From: Bacteroidota bacterium
Lineage (GTDB): Bacteria > Bacteroidota > Bacteroidia > Bacteroidales > VadinHA17
Direction: 5' to 3'
Length of the DNA: 64,000 nucleotides
Assembly: GCA_037127735.1 (NCBI GenBank)
Contig: JBAXXU010000003.1
Span: 229-64,228 of the forward strand
Below are positions 18,146-27,949 of this stretch, one piece after another; the first letter of the stretch is position 1, and every line of letters begins with the position of its first letter. The notes under the pieces are model-generated. The model was not told the DNA's origin, searched no databases, and worked only from the letters and a program-made list of their open reading frames with translations. A program made the position numbers and the translations under genes.

Positions 18146-20836
18146 ATGAAAAAAATCATTTCAGTTTCCCGGAGGATCCGCTACCTTTTATTATTATCCT
18201 TTTTGATGTTATGTGGAGCTTTTTCTATAGTTGGGCAAACCCCTGCAACGGCTATTTCACCGAAGAGCAATGATTATTCTTACTTCAAAGGAGGGACAAT
18301 CAGTGTCATCTCCTCTTCACATCAGGATATAGCCTGGATGGACAGTATTGGAAAGTGTATCGAATTTCGCGATGTAAAAATGATAACACCGGTATTGGAA
18401 AGATTAAGAAAAAATCCCGGGTTTAAGTTTTCAGTTGAAGATGCTCTGAGCCTGAGGGAATATCTTCAGCGGCATCCCGGATCTTACGATGAGATTCTGA
18501 AATATACTCTGGAGGGTCGCCTCGAATGGGGAGCTACTTACAAGCAACCGTATGAGTCAATGTATGACGGGGAATCATTAATCAGGCAAACCTATCTCGG
18601 ACGCAAATGGCTGAAAAAAACTTTACCCGATTGCGATTTTAAAACCTACTGGAACGAAGATGTTCCCGGCAGATCGTTGCAGATGGCGCAGATTCTTTCT
18701 AAGTCAGGAATTCCTTATATGCAATTCAGCCGTCATCAGCCGGGCATATACCGGTGGTATAGTCCCGACGGGAGTTATATCACCTGTTTTACTCCGGGGC
18801 AGTATGACGAAGCCGGAATTCCGGTACGACTTGCAAAGACAAGTATTGATTCGCTTTCGAATGCTTTTACCACAATGCTGGTGGAATGGAACGGTTATTT
18901 CAAAAAACGGCAAATAGTGCCGGAGCTACCATTTTTATATTCGCACGACTTTGCCACTCCTCCCGATTACGATGCTTTTTTTAAAGATTGGAATTCAAAA
19001 ACAGCCTCATTAAAACGCCCTTCAATAAAGTATGCTACAGCAACAGAATGGATAGAGGCTGTTTCAAAAGGAAATCCTGTTTTTGACAAGATACAGGGAG
19101 AGCGTCCCGATGTATGGCTCTATATTCATGGTCCTTCACACCAGAAAGCGCTCAAAGCATCACGGGAAGGTTCGCGTTTGCTCACTGCTGCTGAGAAGTT
19201 TGCAACTTTCGATGCACTTCAAAGTGGTTCATTTGAGAACTATCCGCAAGCGTCTTTTATCACTGCCTGGGAAAATGAAATCTATCCTGATCACGGTTGG
19301 GGCGGTAAACATGGTGCCCTGACCGACAGAGCTTTCCGTACTTCTTATGAAAAAGCAAGATCCATAGCCTCCGATATTCTAAATACCTCCTTGGGAAACA
19401 TTGCTTCAAGAATCCTTTTTTCAAAAAATGCCATTCCTGTAACTGTTTTTAATCCGTTATCGTGGGAACGCACCGATGTTGTAGAATTCACTCTTGATGC
19501 TGAAGGAAATGACGAGAATATATTCAGGCTGATCGATGAAAAAGGAATTGAAATTCCGTATCAGCTTATTGATGAACATAAGATTTCTGCTAAAAAAGAC
19601 GAAGTGTTGACCTTTTTGTTTATTGCCGAAAACGTTCCATCAGTTGGGTATAAAACCTATTACCTCGAGAAAGGAAAACATGCTGTCTATTCAGACGGTT
19701 TTAAAATTACCAACACCGTTTATGAGAACAAATTTTATAGGGTCGAATTTGCCGATGGTGGAATTAAATCATTATTTGATAAAGAGTTATCTATAAGCTT
19801 ACTAAAAACAGATAAGTTTTTAGGCGCAGAATTGTTTACAATGCAATCGGTAGGCAATGGTGCCGGCGAATTTACCGATGTTCAACAGCCAACTATGGAG
19901 GGCTTCGAAAAACTCAGTCAGTATAAACAACCATGGACGCTCGTATCAGGTGGTCCGGTTCGCGATGTTTATGAATTTAGAAAAGAGATTAATCATGTAA
20001 CTGTGGTGCAGCAGGTGATACTTTATAAAACACTTAAACGTATCGATGTTCATGTAGAACTGAATGGTTTTGATGGTGAGCGTTATCGTGAGTTCAGGCT
20101 TGCATTTCCTTTAGCTCAGACAAAATCGGAAATCGCGTATGAGGTTCCGATGGGTGTCGTACGTATTGGGAAAGATGAGATTGCAGGAGCAGCGGGATTT
20201 TCCAAGGCATCACAAATTTATGATACCCCCTGCGCGCAGGTGCATCCGCGTGAGGTGCAGGATTGGTTCTCCGCATCCGATGGCAAAACAGGATTTACAA
20301 TAAGTTCTGATGTGGCTGTGTTCGACTGGATTGATCCTACAACAAACCCTGCCGGTTATGCAATTTTGCAGCCGGTTTTGCTTGCCAGCAGGAAGAGCTG
20401 CCATAGCGAAGGTAATTACTACCTGCAGCCCGGCGATCATTCTTTCACCTTCTCGATTTATTCGCATAATGGAGACTGGAAGAATGGTTACAGGCTTGGT
20501 ACCCAATCGAACCAACCACTAAAAGCTGTTGTTTCTAATGCTGCTTCAGATAAAGGAACAACGGCTGAAACAATGAGTTTCATATCGGTTGAAAACAAAA
20601 ACCTGGTTCTCAGTACAATTAAAAAATGTGAAGATGATAATCAGGTTATCGTACGTTGTTATGATATGGAAGGAAAAGATGCTGAAGCGAAAATTATCGT
20701 TTATAAACCATTTCAAAAAGCAGAACTCACAAATCTGATCGAAGAGGAAGGAAAACCGATTCCCGGAAGCGGAACAACCATTGGTTTAAAAGTGGGGCAT
20801 CATGCAATAGAGACTATAAAATTACACATAAATTAA
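18146..20836 (+). CDS. GH38-like alpha-mannosidase, secreted (tandem paralogue)
   Basis: ISSSHQDIAWM, GESLIRQTYLGRKW, DVPGRSLQMAQIL and YPDHGWGGKHG are shared with 15162..18047. Confidence 0.7.
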   Translation: MKKIISVSRRIRYLLLLSFLMLCGAFSIVGQTPATAISPKSNDYSYFKGGTISVISSSHQDIAWMDSIGKCIEFRDVKMITPVLERLRKNPGFKFSVEDALSLREYLQRHPGSYDEILKYTLEGRLEWGATYKQPYESMYDGESLIRQTYLGRKWLKKTLPDCDFKTYWNEDVPGRSLQMAQILSKSGIPYMQFSRHQPGIYRWYSPDGSYITCFTPGQYDEAGIPVRLAKTSIDSLSNAFTTMLVEWNGYFKKRQIVPELPFLYSHDFATPPDYDAFFKDWNSKTASLKRPSIKYATATEWIEAVSKGNPVFDKIQGERPDVWLYIHGPSHQKALKASREGSRLLTAAEKFATFDALQSGSFENYPQASFITAWENEIYPDHGWGGKHGALTDRAFRTSYEKARSIASDILNTSLGNIASRILFSKNAIPVTVFNPLSWERTDVVEFTLDAEGNDENIFRLIDEKGIEIPYQLIDEHKISAKKDEVLTFLFIAENVPSVGYKTYYLEKGKHAVYSDGFKITNTVYENKFYRVEFADGGIKSLFDKELSISLLKTDKFLGAELFTMQSVGNGAGEFTDVQQPTMEGFEKLSQYKQPWTLVSGGPVRDVYEFRKEINHVTVVQQVILYKTLKRIDVHVELNGFDGERYREFRLAFPLAQTKSEIAYEVPMGVVRIGKDEIAGAAGFSKASQIYDTPCAQVHPREVQDWFSASDGKTGFTISSDVAVFDWIDPTTNPAGYAILQPVLLASRKSCHSEGNYYLQPGDHSFTFSIYSHNGDWKNGYRLGTQSNQPLKAVVSNAASDKGTTAETMSFISVENKNLVLSTIKKCEDDNQVIVRCYDMEGKDAEAKIIVYKPFQKAELTNLIEEEGKPIPGSGTTIGLKVGHHAIETIKLHIN

Positions 20837-20846
20837 AATAATTTCC

Positions 20847-22100
20847 ATGAAAATTCTTTCAAACGAACTAAAACAGTACCGCACCTATTTCAGTAAAGAA
20901 CTTCATGAAGATATTCTTCCCTATTGGATGAAATACGGAGTCGAAAAGAACGGACATGGTTTCTATGGAGCTGTTGATCTGAACGGAACCCCTGTCCTGT
21001 CTGCAAATAAGACAAGTGTTTTGAATACCAGGATTTTATGGACATTCTCTGCAGCTGCAGCGCTGGATGGGAACAAGAAGTATTCTGCTATGGCTGATAA
21101 AGCTTATAAAGTTGTCACTGAAGATTTTGAAGATAAGGAGTATGGTGGGTATTATATGGAATTGTCGTCTGACAATAAGGTGGCAAACGATATAAAACTT
21201 ACATACGCACAGGCTTTTGTTATCTATTCTCTTTGTAAATATTTTGAGTTCCGTCCGCTTGATTCCGTGATGCAGAAAATCCGGGAGTTTTTTACGCTCC
21301 TCGAAGAAAAAACCAAAGATCCTGAAAACATTGGCTACAGGGAATCGTTTACCCGCGACTGGAAGATTTATGGCGAAAACCGTATGGCCGATAATAATGA
21401 GCCGAAATCGATGAATACACATCTTCATATACTTGAAGCATGGGCTGCTTTGTATAAAGTGTGGAAAGATCCGAAAGTTGAGCTGAGACTTACTGAATTG
21501 ATGAACCTGTTCCTCGATAAAATCATCAGGAAAAACGGACATTTTGGTATCTTTTTCGATGAGGCATTAAATGAAGCAGATTCTTCGAAAGGGATCTGTT
21601 CATTCGGACACGATATTGAGGGCTCATGGTTATTATGGGAAGCTGCTGAAATACTGGGCAATAAGGAGATTCTGGAAAAGATGCGCCCAATGGCAGTAAA
21701 AATGGTCGATAATATTGAACGTGTTGCCGTGGATAAAGATGGCGGACTTTTTCTTGAATCAACACGGTTCGGAAGTCATGTTAAAACCAATAAGCACTGG
21801 TGGCAGCAGGCCGAAACGCTTGTAGGATTTATGAATGCCTTTGAAATGACAGGTGATATAAAATACTGGAATACGGTAAAGCTGTCATGGAATTTTATTA
21901 ACACTTGCCTGATTGACCATGAAAGAGGTGAATGGTTCACCAAACTTAACCGTCTTGGAATTCCTTATCTTGTTGAGCCGGTAGATGATCCTTCACCCTA
22001 CTACAGGAATGACTGGAAAATTGATCCATGGAAATGTCCATACCATAATGGCAGGGCCATGATGGAACAAATGAAGCGAATTGATGCTTTGCTTCATTAG
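20847..22100 (+). CDS. N-acylglucosamine 2-epimerase (AGE) family epimerase/isomerase (cellobiose/mannobiose 2-epimerase or mannose isomerase-like)
   Basis: ILPYWMKYGVEKNGHGFYGAVD, NTRILWTFSAAA and later (alpha/alpha)6 AGE-type segments. Starts 10 nt after GH38-2. Confidence 0.85.
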   Translation: MKILSNELKQYRTYFSKELHEDILPYWMKYGVEKNGHGFYGAVDLNGTPVLSANKTSVLNTRILWTFSAAAALDGNKKYSAMADKAYKVVTEDFEDKEYGGYYMELSSDNKVANDIKLTYAQAFVIYSLCKYFEFRPLDSVMQKIREFFTLLEEKTKDPENIGYRESFTRDWKIYGENRMADNNEPKSMNTHLHILEAWAALYKVWKDPKVELRLTELMNLFLDKIIRKNGHFGIFFDEALNEADSSKGICSFGHDIEGSWLLWEAAEILGNKEILEKMRPMAVKMVDNIERVAVDKDGGLFLESTRFGSHVKTNKHWWQQAETLVGFMNAFEMTGDIKYWNTVKLSWNFINTCLIDHERGEWFTKLNRLGIPYLVEPVDDPSPYYRNDWKIDPWKCPYHNGRAMMEQMKRIDALLH

Positions 22101-22184
22101 TTAAAGTTGATAGGTTGAAAAGTTGAAAAGTTCGTGGTTTAAAGATCCCGCCTGACCAGTTCAGGTAATTTTTCATATGAATTC

Positions 22185-23999
22185 CTAACCATTAGCCAGC
22201 TCCAGCATCCTTTTCACTGCTGGGTTTGGATTGATTATTTCATCAGCCGAACTAATAGTTATTGTTGGGATTGCACCATGTTCGAGATGTATCTGCATCC
22301 GCAGCTCCTCGTCTTTGCTTTCCCCACTCAGGCTGGAATAGCCAAAGGTGCGGCAAAGTTTTCCAAAAAGTATTTCGTTGAGGTTGCACCCTCCGGCCCT
22401 TTCCAATCCTTCAGTTGAGGTTTGCCAACTTCTGAACAGATGTACCTGTGCGAATGAAAGCCCTTGAGCTGTTATTTCGTTCAATCCTTCACCACCTACT
22501 GCCAGGCCGTTTCCCAGTTCTGATACATGCCTGATAAGCTTGCTCATTCCTTCAGTAGGAGCCATTGTTTCAACTATGCAGTTATGGATGTTCCAGATAC
22601 AGAGTGTTACATCAATAAATGCGGTATTTAGTGAAAGGTCCTTCGATGCGTTAAGTATTCTTTCCCCCAGGATTGAACGCCACATGCTTAAGCCGGGATG
22701 AATCTTAACCATTACTTTCTTATCCCGATTGTTAAGGCGATTCATATTAGACTCAGGAACGCCAATCACTTTGCTGTTATACCAGCTCCATCCCTGCAAC
22801 TGTTTTGTCTCAACCGATCTGTAAGGAAAATCCCTTACTTGTGCATACACCGGATTGGAAGGATCCATATCGATAGAGTTGAAATGGGGCATTACATGAA
22901 ATCCCATATTATTGCCTTTTTTTATGAAAGTTCTGGCATTATCACTGGCAAAATAATCCGGGTAGTTCTCATCATAACTGTCTGTTCTCCAGTCAGGAAA
23001 GTGCAGAAGAATTTTCTTTGGTAACACTCTTTTAGATAAAGCATCGAGGATCTCTGGTTTTCCCGGGCACCACGATACTGCCAGTTTGATGTCATTTATC
23101 CAGGGTTTGCGTCTCCGTTCCTCTGCCTCAAGATTATAAGCCTGCCAGTACCACTGACGGTATTTTTCTGCAGGTATGCGCCACTCTCCCCGGTAGGTAT
23201 TAATTCTCCAGCAGATTCCTCCGGCGCTAAGATTGTCATCTAATGGTCCATAAGCCTCACTGTCGAAGCCAATGATAAAAGGATCAGATTCAATTCCTGT
23301 TTGTAAAGCCTTGTACCGGTAGTGAGTGTCTTGTGAATGAACCCAGAATCCTCCCTCTTTTGACTGAAAAATGGCCAGACCAGCTTCCCAGTCTGAAGGC
23401 CATTTCCATCTGTTATTTTTAATTAAAGGATCGTCAAGTTTAAGCTTAATACCCTGGAATAGAGGTGCAACTAAATCAAGAGTTGGTTTTACCCCCGATA
23501 TGTTCCACCGGCATGCCATTACTCCGGGTCGTGAGGAGTAGGCAGAAGGTTCTATTAAAAGATCCCCCGTCACTTCATCAACTGAAATAGACAGAACACC
23601 ATCACCTTCCCAGCTGTGAAATAACACTTCAGCCTTTTGATCAGAAAGCTGACGCGATTCGGTGCTTCCAAACTTCTCCTCGTTAATATTGATCTTTTCG
23701 TTATTGAGATATATCAATTGTAAAGCCCTGAAATTACTCGTGTCAGGTTTTTCAATAAATTCTTCACTGTTCGGTTTATTCTTCAGGGAGGTTATGACTC
23801 CCTTCTCTATTACAGCGGAGAGTGTCGCGGTTTCAACAAATATCTTATTGTCTTTTACTAGAACAGTTGCCTTATTCTCATCCGAAATAGACTGAGCTTT
23901 TACTTGCTGAGCTACAATTTGAGAACTGGTTAATTGTGGAGCCACAATTGTGGCGGCAGCTGTATAACCTGCATTTTTAACAAAAGCTCTTCTTTTCAT
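22185..23999 (-). CDS. TAT-exported protein of unknown function (possible glycosidase-like, DUF6259-like from memory)
   Basis: Twin-arginine signal MKRRAFVKNAGYTAAATIVA. A 604-aa uninterrupted ORF, convergent with the AGE gene. Confidence 0.6.
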   Translation of the reverse strand: MKRRAFVKNAGYTAAATIVAPQLTSSQIVAQQVKAQSISDENKATVLVKDNKIFVETATLSAVIEKGVITSLKNKPNSEEFIEKPDTSNFRALQLIYLNNEKININEEKFGSTESRQLSDQKAEVLFHSWEGDGVLSISVDEVTGDLLIEPSAYSSRPGVMACRWNISGVKPTLDLVAPLFQGIKLKLDDPLIKNNRWKWPSDWEAGLAIFQSKEGGFWVHSQDTHYRYKALQTGIESDPFIIGFDSEAYGPLDDNLSAGGICWRINTYRGEWRIPAEKYRQWYWQAYNLEAEERRRKPWINDIKLAVSWCPGKPEILDALSKRVLPKKILLHFPDWRTDSYDENYPDYFASDNARTFIKKGNNMGFHVMPHFNSIDMDPSNPVYAQVRDFPYRSVETKQLQGWSWYNSKVIGVPESNMNRLNNRDKKVMVKIHPGLSMWRSILGERILNASKDLSLNTAFIDVTLCIWNIHNCIVETMAPTEGMSKLIRHVSELGNGLAVGGEGLNEITAQGLSFAQVHLFRSWQTSTEGLERAGGCNLNEILFGKLCRTFGYSSLSGESKDEELRMQIHLEHGAIPTITISSADEIINPNPAVKRMLELANG

Positions 24000-24139
24000 T
24001 GTATATGCCTCCGGTAATTTTAAATTTTATCAGTTTAAATATATGAATATAAATGTATAAAATTTAAGGATATTAGTTTATCCGGTTATATTTACATACC
24101 ATAAGTTGATAATTTGGCATTAAAATTAAATTCACATGT

Positions 24140-25492
24140 ATGAATAGAGTTCTCTTAAGATGCACAATTGCCTCAGCATTAGGCGGATTGCTGTTTGGCT
24201 ACGACACGGTAATCATTAACGGGGCCATGCTCGACCTGGTCAGGCACTTTCAGCTGACTCCTGCAATACAGGGATGGACAGTCAGTTCCGCTCTGGTAGG
24301 ATGTATATTAGGTACAATTCTGATAGGAAAACCCGGTGATATTTATGGTGCACAACGGTTGCTTCAGTTGCTTGCAGTTCTCTTTTTTGTTTCTTCAGTA
24401 GGATGTGGGTTAGCTTCAAGCATAGGTGTGTTCATAACCTTCCGGTTTATTGGTGGCCTTGCAATTGGTGGAGCCTCAGTGCTTTGTCCGGTTTATATTT
24501 CCGAGATATCTCCGCCAAAACACAGGGGGGTCTTGGCCTCTACCTTTCAGCTGGCTATTGTTGTTGGTATTTTATTATCCTTAATCTCGAACTATTTATT
24601 GCTGAATATTGGCGACCAGAACTGGCGTTGGATGCTTTTCAGTGGCGCTCTTCCTGCAGTGGCGTTTTTTTTGATGCTTCTGGTTATAAGAAAGAGCCCT
24701 CGTTGGTTGGTGAAAAAGGGGAGGATTGAAGAAGCAAAGAAAAACATTGAAGAGTTATCATCCCATGAAATAGATACAGACCAAACCATTCTCGAAATAC
24801 AGGAATCTATCAATACGGAAAATGCAGCTAAAAGAATAAATGTATTCAAAAGACCCTATCGGAAGATTATTTTTATTGGGATATTTGTCGGGATATTCAG
24901 TCAGCTTACAGGTATAGGTGTCGTTTTCTATTATTCAGCACAGATTTTCAGTATTGCAGGTTTCTCAAGCGATTCGTCAATGCTTCAGAGCGTAATACTC
25001 GGTGTTACAAATCTTATTTTCACATTGATCGCAATGGCAGTTATTGATAAGGTTGGAAGAAAAAAATTGTTGCTTGTCGGACAATTGGGAATGGTGACTG
25101 TTCTTGGTTTATTTGGATATGGACTGCTCACGGGAAATATCACAGGGTATTGGTTAGTAGCGCTGCTGGTAGCCTATATTGCATTTTTTGCGTCATCAAT
25201 GGGAGTAGTGATATGGGTGCTGTTGTCTGAAATGTTTCCGAATATTATCAGGGCAAGAGGGGCATCTATAGGCTCTTCTGCGAATTGGGTAGTTAATGCT
25301 TCTCTTAATTTTTTCTTTCCTGTTGTAATTGGATTTTTTGGAACAACCCAGGCTACACAACAAATAAGTATGAGTTATGCCTTTATCTTTTTTTCGGTCT
25401 TTACTTTCATCGGGTTTATTTATGTGAATAAATATTTGATCGAAACAAAAGGTAAAACACTCGAACAGATTGAAAAGGAAGTACTTCATTAA
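24140..25492 (+). CDS. MFS sugar porter (sugar:H+ symporter family)
   Basis: GGLLFGYDTVIINGA, GR(K/R) loops (VIDKVGRKKLLL) and PETKG-like ETKGKTLEQIE near the C-terminus. Twelve hydrophobic segments by eye. Confidence 0.9.
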   Translation: MNRVLLRCTIASALGGLLFGYDTVIINGAMLDLVRHFQLTPAIQGWTVSSALVGCILGTILIGKPGDIYGAQRLLQLLAVLFFVSSVGCGLASSIGVFITFRFIGGLAIGGASVLCPVYISEISPPKHRGVLASTFQLAIVVGILLSLISNYLLLNIGDQNWRWMLFSGALPAVAFFLMLLVIRKSPRWLVKKGRIEEAKKNIEELSSHEIDTDQTILEIQESINTENAAKRINVFKRPYRKIIFIGIFVGIFSQLTGIGVVFYYSAQIFSIAGFSSDSSMLQSVILGVTNLIFTLIAMAVIDKVGRKKLLLVGQLGMVTVLGLFGYGLLTGNITGYWLVALLVAYIAFFASSMGVVIWVLLSEMFPNIIRARGASIGSSANWVVNASLNFFFPVVIGFFGTTQATQQISMSYAFIFFSVFTFIGFIYVNKYLIETKGKTLEQIEKEVLH

Positions 25493-25498
25493 TAAGAA

Positions 25499-26599
25499 AT
25501 GACCCCGCGCGAAAGAATATTATCTATTCTGAAAGGAGAGCAACCCGATCAGGTTCCATGGTGCGGCGATCTTGATTATTGGGCAAATTCACTGATTAAA
25601 CGGGGATTAAAACCAGCTGATTTTATTTTATCTGATGATTATATTAAGTGGCATCGCGAACTGGGAGTAGGCTTTTATCTGCAAGGGTACTTCCCTTACA
25701 AACAGATTTTTAGTAATTGCAATTTGCATGAATGGAACGAGGGACCAAGACGCTATAAAGAAATAGTTACATCAATTGGTTCAGTACGCGAATGTTGGGA
25801 ATATATTCCAACCTCTTTTTCTAATGCGCCTGTAGAACATTTCATGAAATCTGAAGCCGACATTCCGGTCATGAAGTACATCTACGAAAATACCAGGTTT
25901 GAGCCCGATTATGACCAGGCAAATCTCAGAAAGAAACAGGTAGGTGACCAGGGTGTAGTTCTGTGCTACCTTCCCAAAAGCCCGTTTATGCACCTTATGG
26001 CCCTTGAAGCGGGTATTATGGCAGTCACCATAGCGGCATTGACCACCCCCGAGGAGTTTAAGGATTTGCTTGACACGATGAAGAGAGCATTTGATAAGGC
26101 TGCCCGGATCGCGGTTGACAGTCCCGCGGAGGTATTAATGATCCCGGAAAATCTCTCTTCCGAAATGGTAGGACCTGATCTCTTTAAATTGTATATGCAC
26201 GACTATCAGAAAGAATGGATAACGAAGATCAGAGAAGCTGGAAAATACTCATTTATTCATATTGACGGTACCCTGGCAGGATTACTGAAACAGGAAGCGG
26301 AGATAGGTTTTACCGTACTTGAAGCTCTTACTCCGCATCCTGTCGGAGATATGAAATGGGAAAATCTTGAACTATTTGTCGGAGATTCAAAAAGCATACT
26401 ATGGGGCGGTATCCCTGGTTCTTATTTTACTGATTGTGTTGATGATGAGGAATTTGACCGGCATGTTAAATATCTGCTTTCAATTATGGTCACAGAACCG
26501 CGTTATGTTCTCGGAGTAGCCGACCAGGTTCCTCCCGATGGTCTCGAAAGCCGGGTAAAGCGTGTCTCGGAACTTGTTAATGAATATGGAAAATACTAA
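25499..26599 (+). CDS. URO-D-fold family protein (divergent; HxC replaced by H-I-D)
   Basis: Starts 6 nt after the MFS gene. Similar length and overall layout to the other two URO-D-like ORFs. The motif position reads IHIDG (26258-26266). Confidence 0.55.
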   Translation: MTPRERILSILKGEQPDQVPWCGDLDYWANSLIKRGLKPADFILSDDYIKWHRELGVGFYLQGYFPYKQIFSNCNLHEWNEGPRRYKEIVTSIGSVRECWEYIPTSFSNAPVEHFMKSEADIPVMKYIYENTRFEPDYDQANLRKKQVGDQGVVLCYLPKSPFMHLMALEAGIMAVTIAALTTPEEFKDLLDTMKRAFDKAARIAVDSPAEVLMIPENLSSEMVGPDLFKLYMHDYQKEWITKIREAGKYSFIHIDGTLAGLLKQEAEIGFTVLEALTPHPVGDMKWENLELFVGDSKSILWGGIPGSYFTDCVDDEEFDRHVKYLLSIMVTEPRYVLGVADQVPPDGLESRVKRVSELVNEYGKY

Positions 26600-26670
26600 G
26601 GCTAAACATAAACTCATCACCTCCCGACGGTAAAAATTGTATATTTTAAACTCTAAACTCTACACATATT

Positions 26671-27693
26671 ATGAACGGATACGAGAGAATTAATGCCGCA
26701 CTGAAAGACGAGAAACCTGATAAAGTTCCGGTTATGCTCCATAATTTTATGATGGCAGCCAGAGAACATGGCGCGACAATGGAGCAATACCGCGATAGCC
26801 CTAAGGTGATTGCAGAAACGTTTATAGCAGCGATAGAAAAATATCAATATGACGGTATCCTTGTAGATATCGACACGGTTACACTTGCCGGTGCAGTTGG
26901 TGTTCATGTGGATTTCCCTGTAAATGATGCTGCCCGTTCGCATGACGGGAATATAGATAATTTAGACGATGTTATTAATCTGAAACCGGCTAAGGTTGAG
27001 GATTATAAATATATTCAGATCTGGCTCGAAGCAGTAAGACTGCTGAAGGATCATTTCAAGGATGAGATATATATCCGTGGCAACTGTGACCAGTCTCCAT
27101 TTTCACTGGCAAGTATGATGCGCGGTGCACAAAACTGGATGCTCGATTTAATGATGGGCACGGATGAACAGATCAACTTATTGTTAGAATACTGTACCGA
27201 TGCTACTTCCCGGTTTGTGAAGCTGATGGCACAAACCGGTTGCGATATGGTTTCAAATGGAGACAGCCCCGCCGGGCCCGAAATGATATCTGCTGAAATG
27301 TATTTGAAATATGCTATGCCTTATGAAAAGAAAATTGTGGAAGTAGCTCATAATGAAGGTGTGGCATATACTTTGCATATCTGCGGGAATACTGATGTTA
27401 TCCTCGAACACATGTTATTGACCGGAGCCGATGCTTTTGAATTAGATTACAAAACAGACATAACCAAAATATTAAACACTATTAGTAGTACTACAACATT
27501 CATTGGAAACATTGACCCCAGTGGCGTTTTAGCATTGGGTACAGTTGATGTTGTGCAGAAAAAAACTTTTGAATTATTGTCTGTCTATAAAAATTCAAAT
27601 CGTTTTATTCTGAATGCGGGCTGTGCTATTCCGCCCAACACACCATCGGAGAACTTGAAAATGATGATAGAAACAGCCAGAAATTTTCGATAG
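26671..27693 (+). CDS. URO-D-fold family protein with a complete MT2-type H-x-C...C motif (MtaA/MtbA/CmuA-like methyltransferase candidate)
   Basis: MNGYERINAALKDEKPDKVPV N-terminus typical of the family. LHICGN (H236-I-C238, 27376-27384) and NAGCAIP (C318, 27622-27624). Confidence 0.7.
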   Translation: MNGYERINAALKDEKPDKVPVMLHNFMMAAREHGATMEQYRDSPKVIAETFIAAIEKYQYDGILVDIDTVTLAGAVGVHVDFPVNDAARSHDGNIDNLDDVINLKPAKVEDYKYIQIWLEAVRLLKDHFKDEIYIRGNCDQSPFSLASMMRGAQNWMLDLMMGTDEQINLLLEYCTDATSRFVKLMAQTGCDMVSNGDSPAGPEMISAEMYLKYAMPYEKKIVEVAHNEGVAYTLHICGNTDVILEHMLLTGADAFELDYKTDITKILNTISSTTTFIGNIDPSGVLALGTVDVVQKKTFELLSVYKNSNRFILNAGCAIPPNTPSENLKMMIETARNFR

Positions 27694-27949
27694 AATAAAA
27701 TATTAAATTTTCGTATGAGTTAAAAAAAATTATCTTAAAGAAATATTTAGCGATGACCTTTTTCAAAGCGCTGATTTACCAACGGCAACCCGTGGAGGTC
27801 AAATAATATATCATATTGATGTAAAATTCAAATTATTTGTAAACAAGAGCCTCAGCCTCCGTTTTATTAGAGACTACCATAAACTATTCTTCAGTTTTTT
27901 TGTAATTATGCTTCTTAAACATTATTTTTGTCAGGCATAATTATTGTAT

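Noticed and set aside
21036-21542. Antisense ORF of 168 aa inside the AGE epimerase gene. Similar cases: 28924..29439 (171 aa), 10509..10895 (128 aa), 7394..7741 (115 aa), 53116..53547 (143 aa) and 48992..49354 (120 aa).
   Set aside because: All lie fully or largely antisense or out of frame within long ORFs that have clear family motifs. Their products are low-complexity or hydrophobic nonsense, so they are treated as shadow ORFs.
24000-24139. Bacteroidetes-type promoter (-7 TAnnTTTG) in the divergent region, e.g. gataatttgg near 24105-24114.
   Set aside because: The sequence is one base short of the consensus spacing, and I cannot score it objectively by eye. No promoter feature is called.
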